DNA of 63,445 bases, filler included, from Perkinsus chesapeaki ATCC PRA-425 (taxonomy: Eukaryota; Protista; Perkinsozoa), in assembly GCA_013115145.1 (NCBI GenBank). It is 5 parts of 5 records of this genome, joined end to end, with 100 filler letters (N's around TTAATTAATTAA, not from the genome) between each part and the next. Parts side by side here need not be neighbours in the genome. Positions count along the whole stretch, not along the records: positions 30,225 to 52,386 come from JAAPAO010000585.1; positions 52,487 to 60,891 come from JAAPAO010000976.1; 3 more parts are not named here. One strand, 5' to 3'. Shown piece by piece: positions 49,901 to 60,991 of the stretch (the first letter of the stretch is position 1; each line of letters opens with the position of its first letter). A program made the translations under genes and the position numbers. The notes under the pieces are model-generated. The model was given only the letters and a program-made list of their open reading frames with translations. It did no database searches and had not been told where the DNA came from.

Positions 49901-51927
49901 GACACCCTCAGCGTCCATGGGAAGGTCTTCGCACTATTTGGAGCTGATAAACGAGAACCTGAAATCGAGCAGAGCACTATAAGTGGGGTCGAAGAAGATG
50001 GTGCCAGAATTTCCCTCCCTTTCAGTTCACTTGTATCACTCTATCATGGATGTCCACGCCTGTGATGTTTCAACAACTCACGGAAGAGGAAACGAAACAA
50101 TTCTGCCTTCCCATTCCGGAATATTCCATAGGAATGTCCCCCTACGGAGAGTCCTTATTGAACCTTCAAGAAACTTTCCCGCGCACTCCCATCGACTACT
50201 ACGCAAAAGATGCCTGTGTGGGCGAGCTTTGGAGGCTTACGTTGGAGCCGAAACGGGAGCACGCAAGTCCTAGCAACCCGGATCCGATTATTAACAGTAT
50301 TAATATGATATTAACTACAATCTATGAGATATTATTAAAGACATCAGGCCGATTATTAATATAAGAGGCATGATACCCTATGTATACTTTCCCGGCTTCC
50401 CATCAGTGCTACCATCAGACAGAGCCACAACTTTAATTCCAACGACCCAGGTTCGATCCCCGGCTAAGCCTTTATTACATAAATCTCCCCCCTCCAACAG
50501 CTCATAAATCAGTAACCTTTCACTCCCATTTCTCGCAAAGCCCATCAGGATAACCAAATTCGGATGCCGAAACTTAGACAGCACCTCAACTTCCTCCCGG
50601 AATCCCGACTCTTTGGGAGCCCTCAAAACCTGCCATAAATCCGCCACGATCACCGTCGAACGCATAGACTACTTTTATGGCCACTTCGGTTTGATCTTTG
50701 AGTTGACATTTATAAACACTTCCGTACGACCCTTGACCAAGCCTGTACCTATCAGACGCTTATTCCAACTTTTTAACTTCCTTCAACTTTTTCGCCCAAC
50801 ATTCCTCAACTACATAATAAGAAAATATTTCGTTTAACTGAACGAGCCCTTGGCAGAGTGATCTAGGATTTACTTTACATCATCATCAGAGACAGTGAGA
50901 TCAAGAAGAACTGAGTTTCATCGATCCAGGCCGAAAGGCTTCCGATGTCGCTCATTTCATATCAGCGACCCCAACTGGACAACGTTTGTCCTTTCCGAGG
51001 TCACCGATCTACTTAAAGTGTTCATTTACCCCAAAGGAACGTGCTTGCCTATAAAAAGATATAATAATATTAAAACCATTCCTATCCTTGAATGAAGCCT
51101 TCCTACAGCTTCCAAGGTGAATACACTAGATAGCAATCCGATCGGCAACAACGTCCCCCGGGGGAATTCTCTTATATGTACTCGAGCAACACACTGGGAG
51201 TCATCTCGTCCCTTAGTGCTCCTCGAAAGGAGTTGATATATGAGATATTTCTACACCAAAACATCCAGCGCATTCCCAACATCTGCTGTCCCGTCTGTTC
51301 GACCATCCAAGACGAGCTCATAGAGCTTTAGAGAGATGAAGTATTAGAAGGTTTCCCCTGTATTTAGTTTCCGAATATGCCTTCAAAATACCACATTTCT
51401 CCGGCTCCACACAGCCTTAACACGATCACATACGAATCACGCGGCCACGCTCTCCAGCTGCAGGCGAGATCGTGATGAGACTTGTGGAAGCTAAGTTCCC
51501 TATCAAGAGTCCTGTTCTACTTTTTTGGTATTCTTATTAACCTATTTCTGATCATATTAATTCCTAACTAGAACAACCTAATCCTTACTAATATCGATCA
51601 ATCTATCGACTCCCCAATATCCTAATAATTAGTGGAGTGCTTTAACAATCGATAATAAAACACTTTTATGAATATCTCCATACAACCACTCATGAGAGAT
51701 TAGCTAGCTCAGTATTAGTTCATAACCTTCCCGAACCTTCCCAGATTGGTCTCGTCATAATCCCGGCCATACTACTTTGATGAGAAGTTCTCCGTAGCAG
51801 CAGCGAGTTCTGGATATGGATACTCCAGTGCAATCCTATTAAGATTGAGATCAGTTGGCATAGGTTGTCTTCTGGATGCTGGTGCCAAACCAAATCCGTT
51901 ACCACGACTGCCACTACCGTGTGCCAT
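46911..51927 (-). CDS. RLK/Pelle (IRAK-like) protein kinase with a P/Q-rich tail and C-terminal UBA domain (multi-exon)
   Basis: YPYPELAAATENFSS, LGQGSYGSVYK..VAIK, FREEVEVLSKFRHPNLV, HRDIKSQNII, KVADFG, GTIGYADPLY, SEVYSFGMVLLELLT and LALRCIDPRESRRP. C-terminus ELREIGFEQDQIQEALMHHPTLEDATNWILDNY* is UBA-like. Confidence 0.92.
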
Positions 51928-52386
51928 CAGTTGTTAAGAGTGAAGATTAGGAATAGTACGGCTTATGGAGGATAACCGCAATTAAGGAAAGCAAACAAAA
52001 CCACTATTCAAAATAACCATATTTGTGCTGGCACTGCTGTATTTATACGTTCGGTAATAGGTAAAAATAAGCGCTTTGTTCGAAGTATAATATCCAAACG
52101 CGGACAATTTGGGGAGATACGAAGCACGAATTGTCGAGGTGTTAAATAAACTACCTCCCCTAGACTTGAAGAGCACCACTAGGACTGGATTTAGCATGTA
52201 AGCGGCGCTCCTGTGAGCACTCTCGATAATCGGAAAAGCACTATTGAACAGCCCCTGTACTTCAGAGGACTCAAAAAGGAATACAAGATATGCTTCGCTC
52301 CGTCGGTAAGAATCTGTAGCGATCGCTTCGCTCCGCTAGGCAGTTTCATATGTTGAAAAGCTTAGGATTACTCTCAGATTAGAACA

Positions 52387-52486
52387 NNNNNNNNNNNNNN
52401 NNNNNNNNNNNNNNNNNNNNNNNNNNNNNNTTAATTAATTAANNNNNNNNNNNNNNNNNNNNNNNNNNNNNNNNNNNNNNNNNNNN
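52387..52486. other. Artificial contig spacer
   Basis: 44N-TTAATTAATTAA-44N. Confidence 0.98.
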
Positions 52487-54229
52487 GTTCCTTTTCTGGC
52501 GTCGGCTTCAGAATCACGGTGTCAACTGTGGCCTTGCCACCATGGTGTCAAACCGTAAGACTTTTTCGCTCCAATCGCGTCTTTGCTATTTATATCATAT
52601 AAGTTTTATATCCTTGTACGCCTCCACGATTACGGAACACGGTACTCACTGTTCCCGTCCGCGACGGTATACTTCTGAGACGGGCAGTCTCTGTGATTTT
52701 TCGTTCACAGCTGCTTGCTCGGCTGACGGTTTACCTACGTGCTAGACGCACGTCTTACCACTCCTCGACCACTTTCGTCATCAGCACTTATTAGGAAAGT
52801 CGCAACTGGCCGAACGCTCTCCTGATGATGCCGTGACGCTTGTTGGGAAGGATGGTGCAGCTGCAGAGGCACCTATCTCAGGGAAGCCTCACTTGTCGGC
52901 TGATGGAACTGTATGTTTTGCATCGCTCTGGCTCTGAGGAAGGCCAATTTTCGTCGTTTTCAGCAAGTCATAATGCCTTCTGGATGGAAGAAGTCCCTAG
53001 CGACATTGGTGACGAAAGACTGGCTCGTCGGCGACGGTACGAGCATCTCGTAGAACTGTCTTCGCACCCCTGCTGTTTAGTCGAAGGACGTGATTGCATT
53101 ATTGTCGATGATATCATCGATAGCGCTAAGAGGATGTCTCGAACTGTTAAAGATTTGAGGCAGCATGGCGCTCGAAGGTATGTACCGTCTCCGCTATTTA
53201 TAGTCGTTCAAAGCAGCTAGTCTCAGCCTCCTTGATCTGGCGATACAAGGGAGTAGCAATCACTAGCACACTAATTCCATGTGTTCGCCTGCTTATGGTG
53301 AAAGGGCATCAAATTTCAAAGAAATTGAAAACTGATGTCGAACACGCGCATTGGAATACGCGCTCCTCGAGCCGTTCGCCATGAGTCTGCCCACCGCATC
53401 GCATAGTTGAGGTTGCTAGTTAGAGGCATCAGTAGTCTGATAGAGAAGAAGACGCTTATTTAAAAGGCGGGCGATAAAATACTTAATTCACGGCGTATAC
53501 GGCTGGTATAATCGCTGTGCTCATGTCCTGCGTGCTGCGACTCTCGTCTTATGACACAGCCCCCCATCACGGACTGCACATGTCCCGCATCATAAAGGTT
53601 TATCGTGGCACCCGACGGACAGTCCACCCAGAGTAAACTGGGCCAACTTTGTTAACCTTTATTCTCCTTCCAAAATTACCGAGTGCCTACAGTATAGCGG
53701 ATCCGGAAAGATTGAATCATTTCGTGTGTTGCTGATAGGACACAATCGATAAGCACAGTCTCTGTGACAGAGAGGATCTTTTCCCGTCTTTCTCTAATTC
53801 TGAGTGTTAATATCCTTCGTTCGATCGTAGGTAGGTTCAAGGTTGTTGCATATATCGAGTATCATCGGTAGTGATCTTCCTTCCCCGAATGTTGTCAAGC
53901 TACTGAGAGTTGTCGATCCTTCTTTTCTTCAGGATCTATATGTATGCCACTCACGGCGTTTTATCTCCAGCTGCCATGAAGCGGATCAATCAAAGAGGAG
54001 TTACTGAAGTCGTCATCACCAACTCCCTTCCCTTCCCAGAACACGCTAGAAAATGCGAGAAGATCAGAGTAAGATCATCGCTGCACTCGGACGCAAATGC
54101 GACGCGGTGTTGAAGTATCACTGGCGATTCCTGCTATAGGTTCTCTCTTTGGGACAAGTTCTTGCGGAGGTGATGCTCCGAATTTATGAGGAGAAGTCGG
54201 TATCACAGATGTTCTGGGTAATACCCTGA
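52487..54229 (+). CDS. PRS: Ribose-phosphate pyrophosphokinase (PRPP synthetase), 3' part; 5'-truncated by the contig edge
   Basis: LVGDVEGRDCIIVDDIIDSA, ATHGVLS, EVVITNSLP and LAEVMLRIYEEKSVSQMF. Confidence 0.9.
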
Positions 54230-54621
54230 ATGATGCTCTGTAAGCACAGTCTGCCAATTTTTAGGAAAATCAGAAGAAGATGGGCAGCAAACGGCCCAGT
54301 GGAACCGCTACAGTCTAATGTTCCTCGTATTGACGTCGATGTTGTGTACTGGCGATTACTTCACTAATGCTGGCTGTTGGGTTCAAGAAGCTCAGTTAAT
54401 GGATAAATACAAAGATTGTAGCAGACGCTTTGTCTGCTTAGAATAGTGATGGGTTATTAGAGCTTTTTGTGCCCCAGAAAACTCTTAACTTATCCGGATA
54501 AGTTAGAGATAAGTTAGATACCAACCACTATTTAGCCGTCGCAGCTATCCCTTACGAGAGGCGTGGCCATAGCTCCAAGATTTCCACGAAGACTATAAGC
54601 AGAGAGGCCGTCCGTGACATA

Positions 54622-56024
54622 TTGAGAGTAGGCCACCTTGGTCTCGGGAAGAGCAGTGCCATAGAGCTAGGGAAAGTATTGAGAAGGAAAGGTATTCGAT
54701 TTCCTGAGGGGGGATTGAAGAGGGTTATGGAAGAGAAGTGGGATATCTTCGGTCCAATATTTGCCTGTGAGAATCTTCTTTTGGAACAGGAACGCAACTC
54801 CGAGCCTTGCTCAACTCCTTTCGGTCTATGTACCGACATCAATCGTCTGCTCAATATCGTAACTGAAGGGCAGGCTGACCGCATCGCTCGACTGAAATTC
54901 CAGTTTGATGGAGGACAGCAATTTTTGAAATTGTCGGTTAATATTGTTAGCATGGAGGGTAACTGCAACTACGTACCAAGCCCGAACAGTGTAAAGAAAA
55001 ACTTTCTGGTTGGCATGGGACAGGCTGTCGAGACCGAGCATAACCTGAAGGCCTTTTTGAATACCATTCCATCCAGGAGCTTTTCGCTTGCGGGATATCG
55101 AAACAGGTGGCTTGTGATTTGAAAGTGTCTGCAATGATGGTCGGGATCCAGTCAGCTGCTAGCAAGTTTCCTTGTCCTTTCTGCCTCTTCGTCAATGGTA
55201 CTAAATGTGACGGTAAGCCTGCGACTGGCAGAAATTGGGCGCTGCATGCCGAGGACCTGGAGGAGCACAGGCACAACGTTGTGGGAAAGCCAGTTCTATG
55301 CTGGGATAAGTCTCCTATGGAAGTACTGTCACTGTCTCCGTTGCATCTCCTGCTCGGTTTGACCAATAAGGTGTACAGTTTGGCTCGACCTTCCGAGCAG
55401 AGCCCCTCTATTTACCAGCGGCACTGTACTGCCTTAAAGAGTAACGCGATACGCAGGTCTGCGTATTTTAACGGAGGTCTCGAGGGCAACGCTTGCTCCC
55501 GTTCGTTGGACTCGGTTTCGGAAGGCAAAATCCCTTTCGAGGCCAAGCCCAAAAGTCTGGTAGAAGTCATGAAGACTGTGAAGCTCGTCAAGGATACTTG
55601 TCTCGGTATCGAACTCCGCGACGATTGGAAGTCGGCAATTGAGAAATTTCGCACTTCCTGGACAACAGCTGGCCTTCGTTGGTCTTTGAAGGCCCATATC
55701 CTTTCCGACCATACGATTGAATATCTCGCGGACTATGAGCGACTACCTGGAGCCGGTTTGGGCCTCTCATCCGAACAATCTGGTGAAGCGTTGCACTCTA
55801 GAGTACAGCGACTATGGGACCTTCGCTTCAAGGTTGCTAGAGACAACAGTACTTTCGGCAGTCGTCTGGTTGATTGTATGGTAACGTACAATTGGAATAT
55901 TGATTGGGATGCTGCTGGTCGAGTCGACGTTGACGCCAGAACATCAGCTGATGAAGAGTCTGAAACCTCCGACTCCGGAGAAAGCTGCCGAGCGGACACA
56001 CCGGAATCGGATGCGCAAAATTGA
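54622..56024 (+). mobile_element. Chapaev/Transib(RAG1-like) DDE transposase in two overlapping frames (54622-55122, 55107-56024); probable frameshifted pseudogene
   Basis: FDGGQQFLKLS, VACDLKVSAMMVGIQSAASKFPCPFC, LSPLHLLLG, LKAHILSDH and SEQSGEALH follow the Chapaev/Transib/RAG1 order: D..., D-x-K...C-x2-C, LH, K-x-H-x4-H, catalytic E. Confidence 0.7.
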
Positions 56025-56833
56025 AAATAGATTATTCCTTTCTCCAGAGTTTTTGCTAGTGATATATAAATAATATAGCTTTTAAGTTTAGAGAGTAACA
56101 AGCGGTAGGCAAGTGACTCTGCACGTCACGAAGGGCTCATTCGGCACCAGTGTCGTTTGTTTCGAAATAAATATTTATTTCCTTCCGAAGGAAATTAGGA
56201 AAAATTCCAATGGAAGAAAAGTCGAGGAAAAAAATTAAAAAAAGTGGAAAAAACCCTTTTTTACCACTTTTTGGGGTTTTAATATTCGTTAAGTTTGTGC
56301 CCACATCAAATGACTCGCGTAGTGCCAGATATTACAAAAAACGCGTCCTAAACGCTACGCAGTTGGCCTTACAAGTCATATTGCAGAGCAACGACGATGG
56401 ATGGACTTGCCATAGGTAGCGCGCGCCCAGATAATCTTTTTGGTGACAAAGCCATAATGGCTTAGCCATTTCACAATTATATCGTGGCCAAGTAACAGTA
56501 ATGAACCGAATTAAGTGGTAAACTAACACAAATTGGTAACTATAATGATTAAAACTTAGGGCAATATGCAGTGACATGCACACTCTGAAGTTAATTGTAC
56601 TGTAATTATCGTAATGAGAATACATATTACCATATCGATGCAACGTTACGTTGCCAAAGTAAGGAGTAGATCTTGATGGCAACAAGTTACTGCTAGTCAC
56701 TGCCTGCTCTACGCGGCCCCGAATACAAATCAGCGATCATGTGCTGCATCTTCTAGCATTGGTATGTACAATTCTCCAGATCTGGTCATAGCAGTGAGCT
56801 CTCTGATTTCCAACCCACGATGATATTGTTGCC

Positions 56834-57244
56834 TCAAGTTGAGGCCCTCAACTCGTCGTAATAGATGATGTACGATTTCGCATCCCGTCGGCGAGAAGGT
56901 TGGGGGCTTGAGGTTGCGAGAATGTCCTCGAGATCGACTTCATTGTCTTCACTTGTGAATCGGGAAGGTGGTATGGAACCAGTGGAAGACCTCCGCCTCC
57001 TCTTGGGCGTAGAGACCATTCCATCAGCTTTCAACTGAGCATAGATAGCACCATGGTTAGATTCGAAGTGCTCGAGGTATCTTGTCGGATTGTCGGTCAC
57101 GTGAAAAGTACCACACGATGGTACTCTGCAACGGAAAACCTCAATCTCCCGACCATCAACCCACGCTGTTCCAGGCTTGAACAATTTTGAATGCTTCGAT
57201 TTTGGGCGTCCTGCGCGCTTTTTGGGAATCATAGGGAACCTCAC
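56834..57244 (-). CDS. AT-hook plus BED-like C2H2 zinc-finger ORF (probably transposon-derived)
   Basis: KKRAGRPK (AT-hook), CRVPSC...EHFESNH (C-x4-C...H-x4-H) and basic PKRRRR. Confidence 0.55.
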   Translation of the reverse strand: MRFPMIPKKRAGRPKSKHSKLFKPGTAWVDGREIEVFRCRVPSCGTFHVTDNPTRYLEHFESNHGAIYAQLKADGMVSTPKRRRRSSTGSIPPSRFTSEDNEVDLEDILATSSPQPSRRRDAKSYIIYYDELRAST

Positions 57245-59590
57245 TATCGAGATGCACTGAACAGGTTAAGCAAACCGCATCCCAACCTCCAACACAACTA
57301 GATAGGCATCGAAATTGGCATCGCGACACGCTAGTACCGTCACTCATTCGCTAACCGTGACATTCATACTTCCATGGACCGCAATTGCATGAGAGCGAAA
57401 TCGGGAAATGTTACATAATTCCCATTTCATGTGACAAAGAGTGTACCTGAAGTGTAGGTCCTGAACTCGTACCCTCGCAGCTAAGCTGTTGAACCAGGTA
57501 GTTTAACGTTACTTGTATTCATACTGACGTCTTCCACGAGACTGTCTTCGATCAGGCCGTTCAGGACCATTCCTCACGAACACCACCGTCGGTTGATGCA
57601 TCATGCGTGGAACAAACTGCAGTCAGCACTGGAATGAGAAACCCGTTACTAGAGGCTGTCTAGTAGACAGCGGACTCTTAGCCAAGTGCTCTCGAGCTGC
57701 TCGTTATATTCTGAATCTCCGTGTTTAACTCTATAAGACTGTCGAAAGGATAAAGTCTGGGACTTTTTCCCACTACTTCGTACAAATTCGCCACCCGTGA
57801 TCCACGAAATTGGTGGTCGGACTGTACTGATTATGACATAGTTATCAACGATAACTGATCATGTTAACACCGGCTCCCCAGGTAATTGAGCGTCAAACGC
57901 CACCACACCATTTGGCGTGTAGGTCCAGTTATGAAGCGAGTTCAGAGCCGTATAGAATTAATCAAGAAGTACGGGAGTAGAGCTCAGAGACCTCCCCGTG
58001 GTTATTCCTGGAAACGTAGGGAACGTGAAGGCCACTCGCGCTCCCTACGTAGGCTACGATTTGCTAATTTTTTTGAGTAGAACGGAGGACATGTGTCCTA
58101 ACTCCAGTGGAGCTACTTCGCATGCGACAGAGCAGAGAAACACACGGTCTCTCTCTGTCAACCAACCCAATCCGCCATGTTTCTTGAGTTTATAGCCTAG
58201 GCGTTGATTTGTATTGAGAGTATTGGAAAATGGCCTTGAAGAAATCAAGAAAAACCTTCTTTCATATTTCTGTTATATGAATCCTGATCAACATGATCTA
58301 TACGTTCGTACAGTCGGTATTGTAAACAGTCATTTGACCGCGCTGTACCGTTCAGCCTGTACGGGACGACTGAGATTAGTACCTGACTCATGTAGCGTCC
58401 CTGGGAGGGAGGTGGGGAGTGAAACCTATTGAATCTTGAAAGCAGAGCGCATCGTTCTGATCGAGTAGCATGATGCTACAGTAGCATTAATACTAGCATG
58501 ATTTGCTAGTAGCATCCCGTTTGGCTTGTAACACGGCAGAAAGACGCAATAGAGTCCAACGGACTCTGTTATACCATATAATTATGTATCTTCAGCTCGT
58601 TTAACCTCCCGCTCTGTTCAGAAAAAATTCAGAAATTCTGAATCAGAAATTCTGATCATGATATGGTCAGGCCATTGTCATGAATTCTTAAGTCATCGAA
58701 GTTCAATTATTGAACACCTTTTAAATATCTAGTTCGTCCCTGGGAACACCAAGCGGCGGCGGCGAGCGAAGCTGCAGCCTACAGCCTGTAGCCCATAAGA
58801 ACTCCTAGAGAAAATATATGCCACATATAATACGCTGAAGGGTGGCGAAACTCGATTGTTTCCTTCGGGGAAAAAGGTAGCTCAAGTGTTGGTGTATGGC
58901 CACGAGTTTTAAACCAGGTTTACTAACCCTTATTTGTCTCTCCAACATATAATTTTCAGCTAGAGCAACTATCTGCCCAGCTGTTCATTTCCAGCTGTTG
59001 CGCAGCATGCCGGGTCTACACAGCAAATACCGGCGACACGACGGCGAAAGAACGCGCTCAGCGCGGTCCAAGAGATTGGGTTGTCCAATCTTAGATCCAT
59101 TTTGGATCCATTTGTTACAACGCACTGTTGTTGCATTGTCAATTGAATAAACTCAGAGCCAGTAGGATCTCATAGGAAAAGCCCTCACTAATATGTTGTC
59201 GGGTGCAACAAGCCAAAGCACTTGAACCTAGTCATGAGTGCCAAACTACGACCCCAATGCTTGCTGACGAGCGACGGCCATAGCTCGGCGGCCGAGCAAA
59301 GCTCTCGGGCGCTTCGCCACGCTTGAACATGAAGTGTCACAGAGACTGAGACAGACTACGTACTGACAGACGAGCCCACTAATAATCATCCAGAAAACCT
59401 CCTCAATGAAGGACGTTGAGGCCAACAAGGAAAAGATACAATTAAAAGGGTTCGACTAAAAATCATTTTTGCTTCTATTGCTTTGAAATTACTTCTGTTT
59501 CGCACTAATGCTGGACATGTTTGAGAGAGTGAACGCCAAGAACACGTCGTATCATATCGAGACAGCCTATCAGATAGGCCAAGATAGGCC

Positions 59591-60592
59591 CTATCTTGGT
59601 ATCAGCTTCGCCACAGCTTTATCTGCGTCGACTCGTCCGAACGGAAGAGCAACCTTTCCAGAGAAATCCTTGAGGCCTTTCTTGGAAGTGTCCTTGAGGG
59701 TCTTCTTGATATCACCAGGCGATAGGTTTGGAGCAAGACTGTAGAGCATCGCAACCACACCAGCAACAATGGCAGATGCTGGAGACGTACCAGACATCGC
59801 TTTAAAGCCAACATCATTCCCGGTCGTCGTAATATCAATGCCTGGTGCAGGGATGTCCACGTAACTCGCAAAGTTGGAGAAATAAGTCAATCTCATTTTT
59901 GAATGTTCTGTCGCACCGACACATAAAACTCCATCGAACTGTTGAGTGAGAGCACAAGGGTAACTCTTCTCTGTAGTAATATTCTTGCCAAGATTTCCAG
60001 CAGTTACAATGATAAGAATTCCAGCTCGGTTTGCTTCCTTAATCTTGTCGGCCAAGTAGGGCTCAATCTCATCGACGGAACAAGCCAGCAGTATAAACTT
60101 TATATCTTTCGCTTTCCTATTGCTAATGACATAGTCTATGGCAGCTGTAAACTTCGACTGGGAAGGTGGATACCCCCGATAAATAGGCATGATATCAACA
60201 AGATCCATAACACCTGCTATACCCAACTTGTTGTTGATAGTAGCACCTAACACTCCGGCCATTCCAGTACCATGGCCGTCTCGATCGCGAGTATCGTAGT
60301 TACCAGCAACAACATTATAGCCTTTCACAAGATTCGCAACCAAGTCCGGATGATCCGGTTTCACTCCGGTATCGATAAGAGCTACAGTAACCCTCTTTCT
60401 GATAACTTTTGTAGATTTCAGACGCTTCCATGCTCCCGGGACGTTGATAGGTCTCAGATATGAGGCCTGCTGCGGATAGAAAGGGTCGTTCACAGGAAAA
60501 CCGTTTGCTGTACCGGAGATCTCTTCTCTCTGATCTTGAAGAGCGAAGTTCAAACCAATGACGTAGCCGAGAAGGAAGAAGCGGAGCCACAT
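59591..60592 (-). CDS. Subtilisin-like serine protease (S8), intronless, secreted
   Basis: Signal peptide; catalytic triad LIDTG, HGTGMAG and SGTSPAS; oxyanion AGN. Confidence 0.95.
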   Translation of the reverse strand: MWLRFFLLGYVIGLNFALQDQREEISGTANGFPVNDPFYPQQASYLRPINVPGAWKRLKSTKVIRKRVTVALIDTGVKPDHPDLVANLVKGYNVVAGNYDTRDRDGHGTGMAGVLGATINNKLGIAGVMDLVDIMPIYRGYPPSQSKFTAAIDYVISNRKAKDIKFILLACSVDEIEPYLADKIKEANRAGILIIVTAGNLGKNITTEKSYPCALTQQFDGVLCVGATEHSKMRLTYFSNFASYVDIPAPGIDITTTGNDVGFKAMSGTSPASAIVAGVVAMLYSLAPNLSPGDIKKTLKDTSKKGLKDFSGKVALPFGRVDADKAVAKLIPR

Positions 60593-60891
60593 TTATTAAC
60601 GGATAAGCCTTCACGGTGTAATGTTCACACCTCGCTATTTCATACTGCATTATAAGTGCCATGGACGTAAGAAGTGATCAAGGTAGGACCATGAAGTCCT
60701 AACCTAACTCCTCCGTCAATTTGGTCCTGTGGAGCTTTCATGAAGGGACTTACAATGTGAGTGGCCAATTTCTGTGCTCTCGGGCGCCGAAAGTTGGCAT
60801 CGCTCAGATTGGTAGGTATCCGCAACATGCTCTATCTGCTAGAAACGGTCAAATAATCACAGCAGACAAGCACGACTAATATGCGCTCAGG

Positions 60892-60991
60892 NNNNNNNNN
60901 NNNNNNNNNNNNNNNNNNNNNNNNNNNNNNNNNNNTTAATTAATTAANNNNNNNNNNNNNNNNNNNNNNNNNNNNNNNNNNNNNNNNNNNN
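60892..60991. other. Artificial contig spacer
   Basis: 44N-TTAATTAATTAA-44N. Confidence 0.98.

Noticed and set aside
50050-50364. Plus-strand 104-aa ORF nested in a kinase intron
   Set aside because: No family recognised and it ends in AT-rich local repeats; insufficient support.
55095-55122. Programmed AGG frameshift in the transposase, by analogy with Perkinsus mitochondria
   Set aside because: That recoding is mitochondrial; a simple indel in a decayed nuclear element is more parsimonious.
58615-58645. Tandem TCAGAAATTCTGA palindromes as a heat-shock element
   Set aside because: The GAA-TTC spacing is 1 nt, not the 2 nt of nGAAnnTTCn, and no function can be supported.
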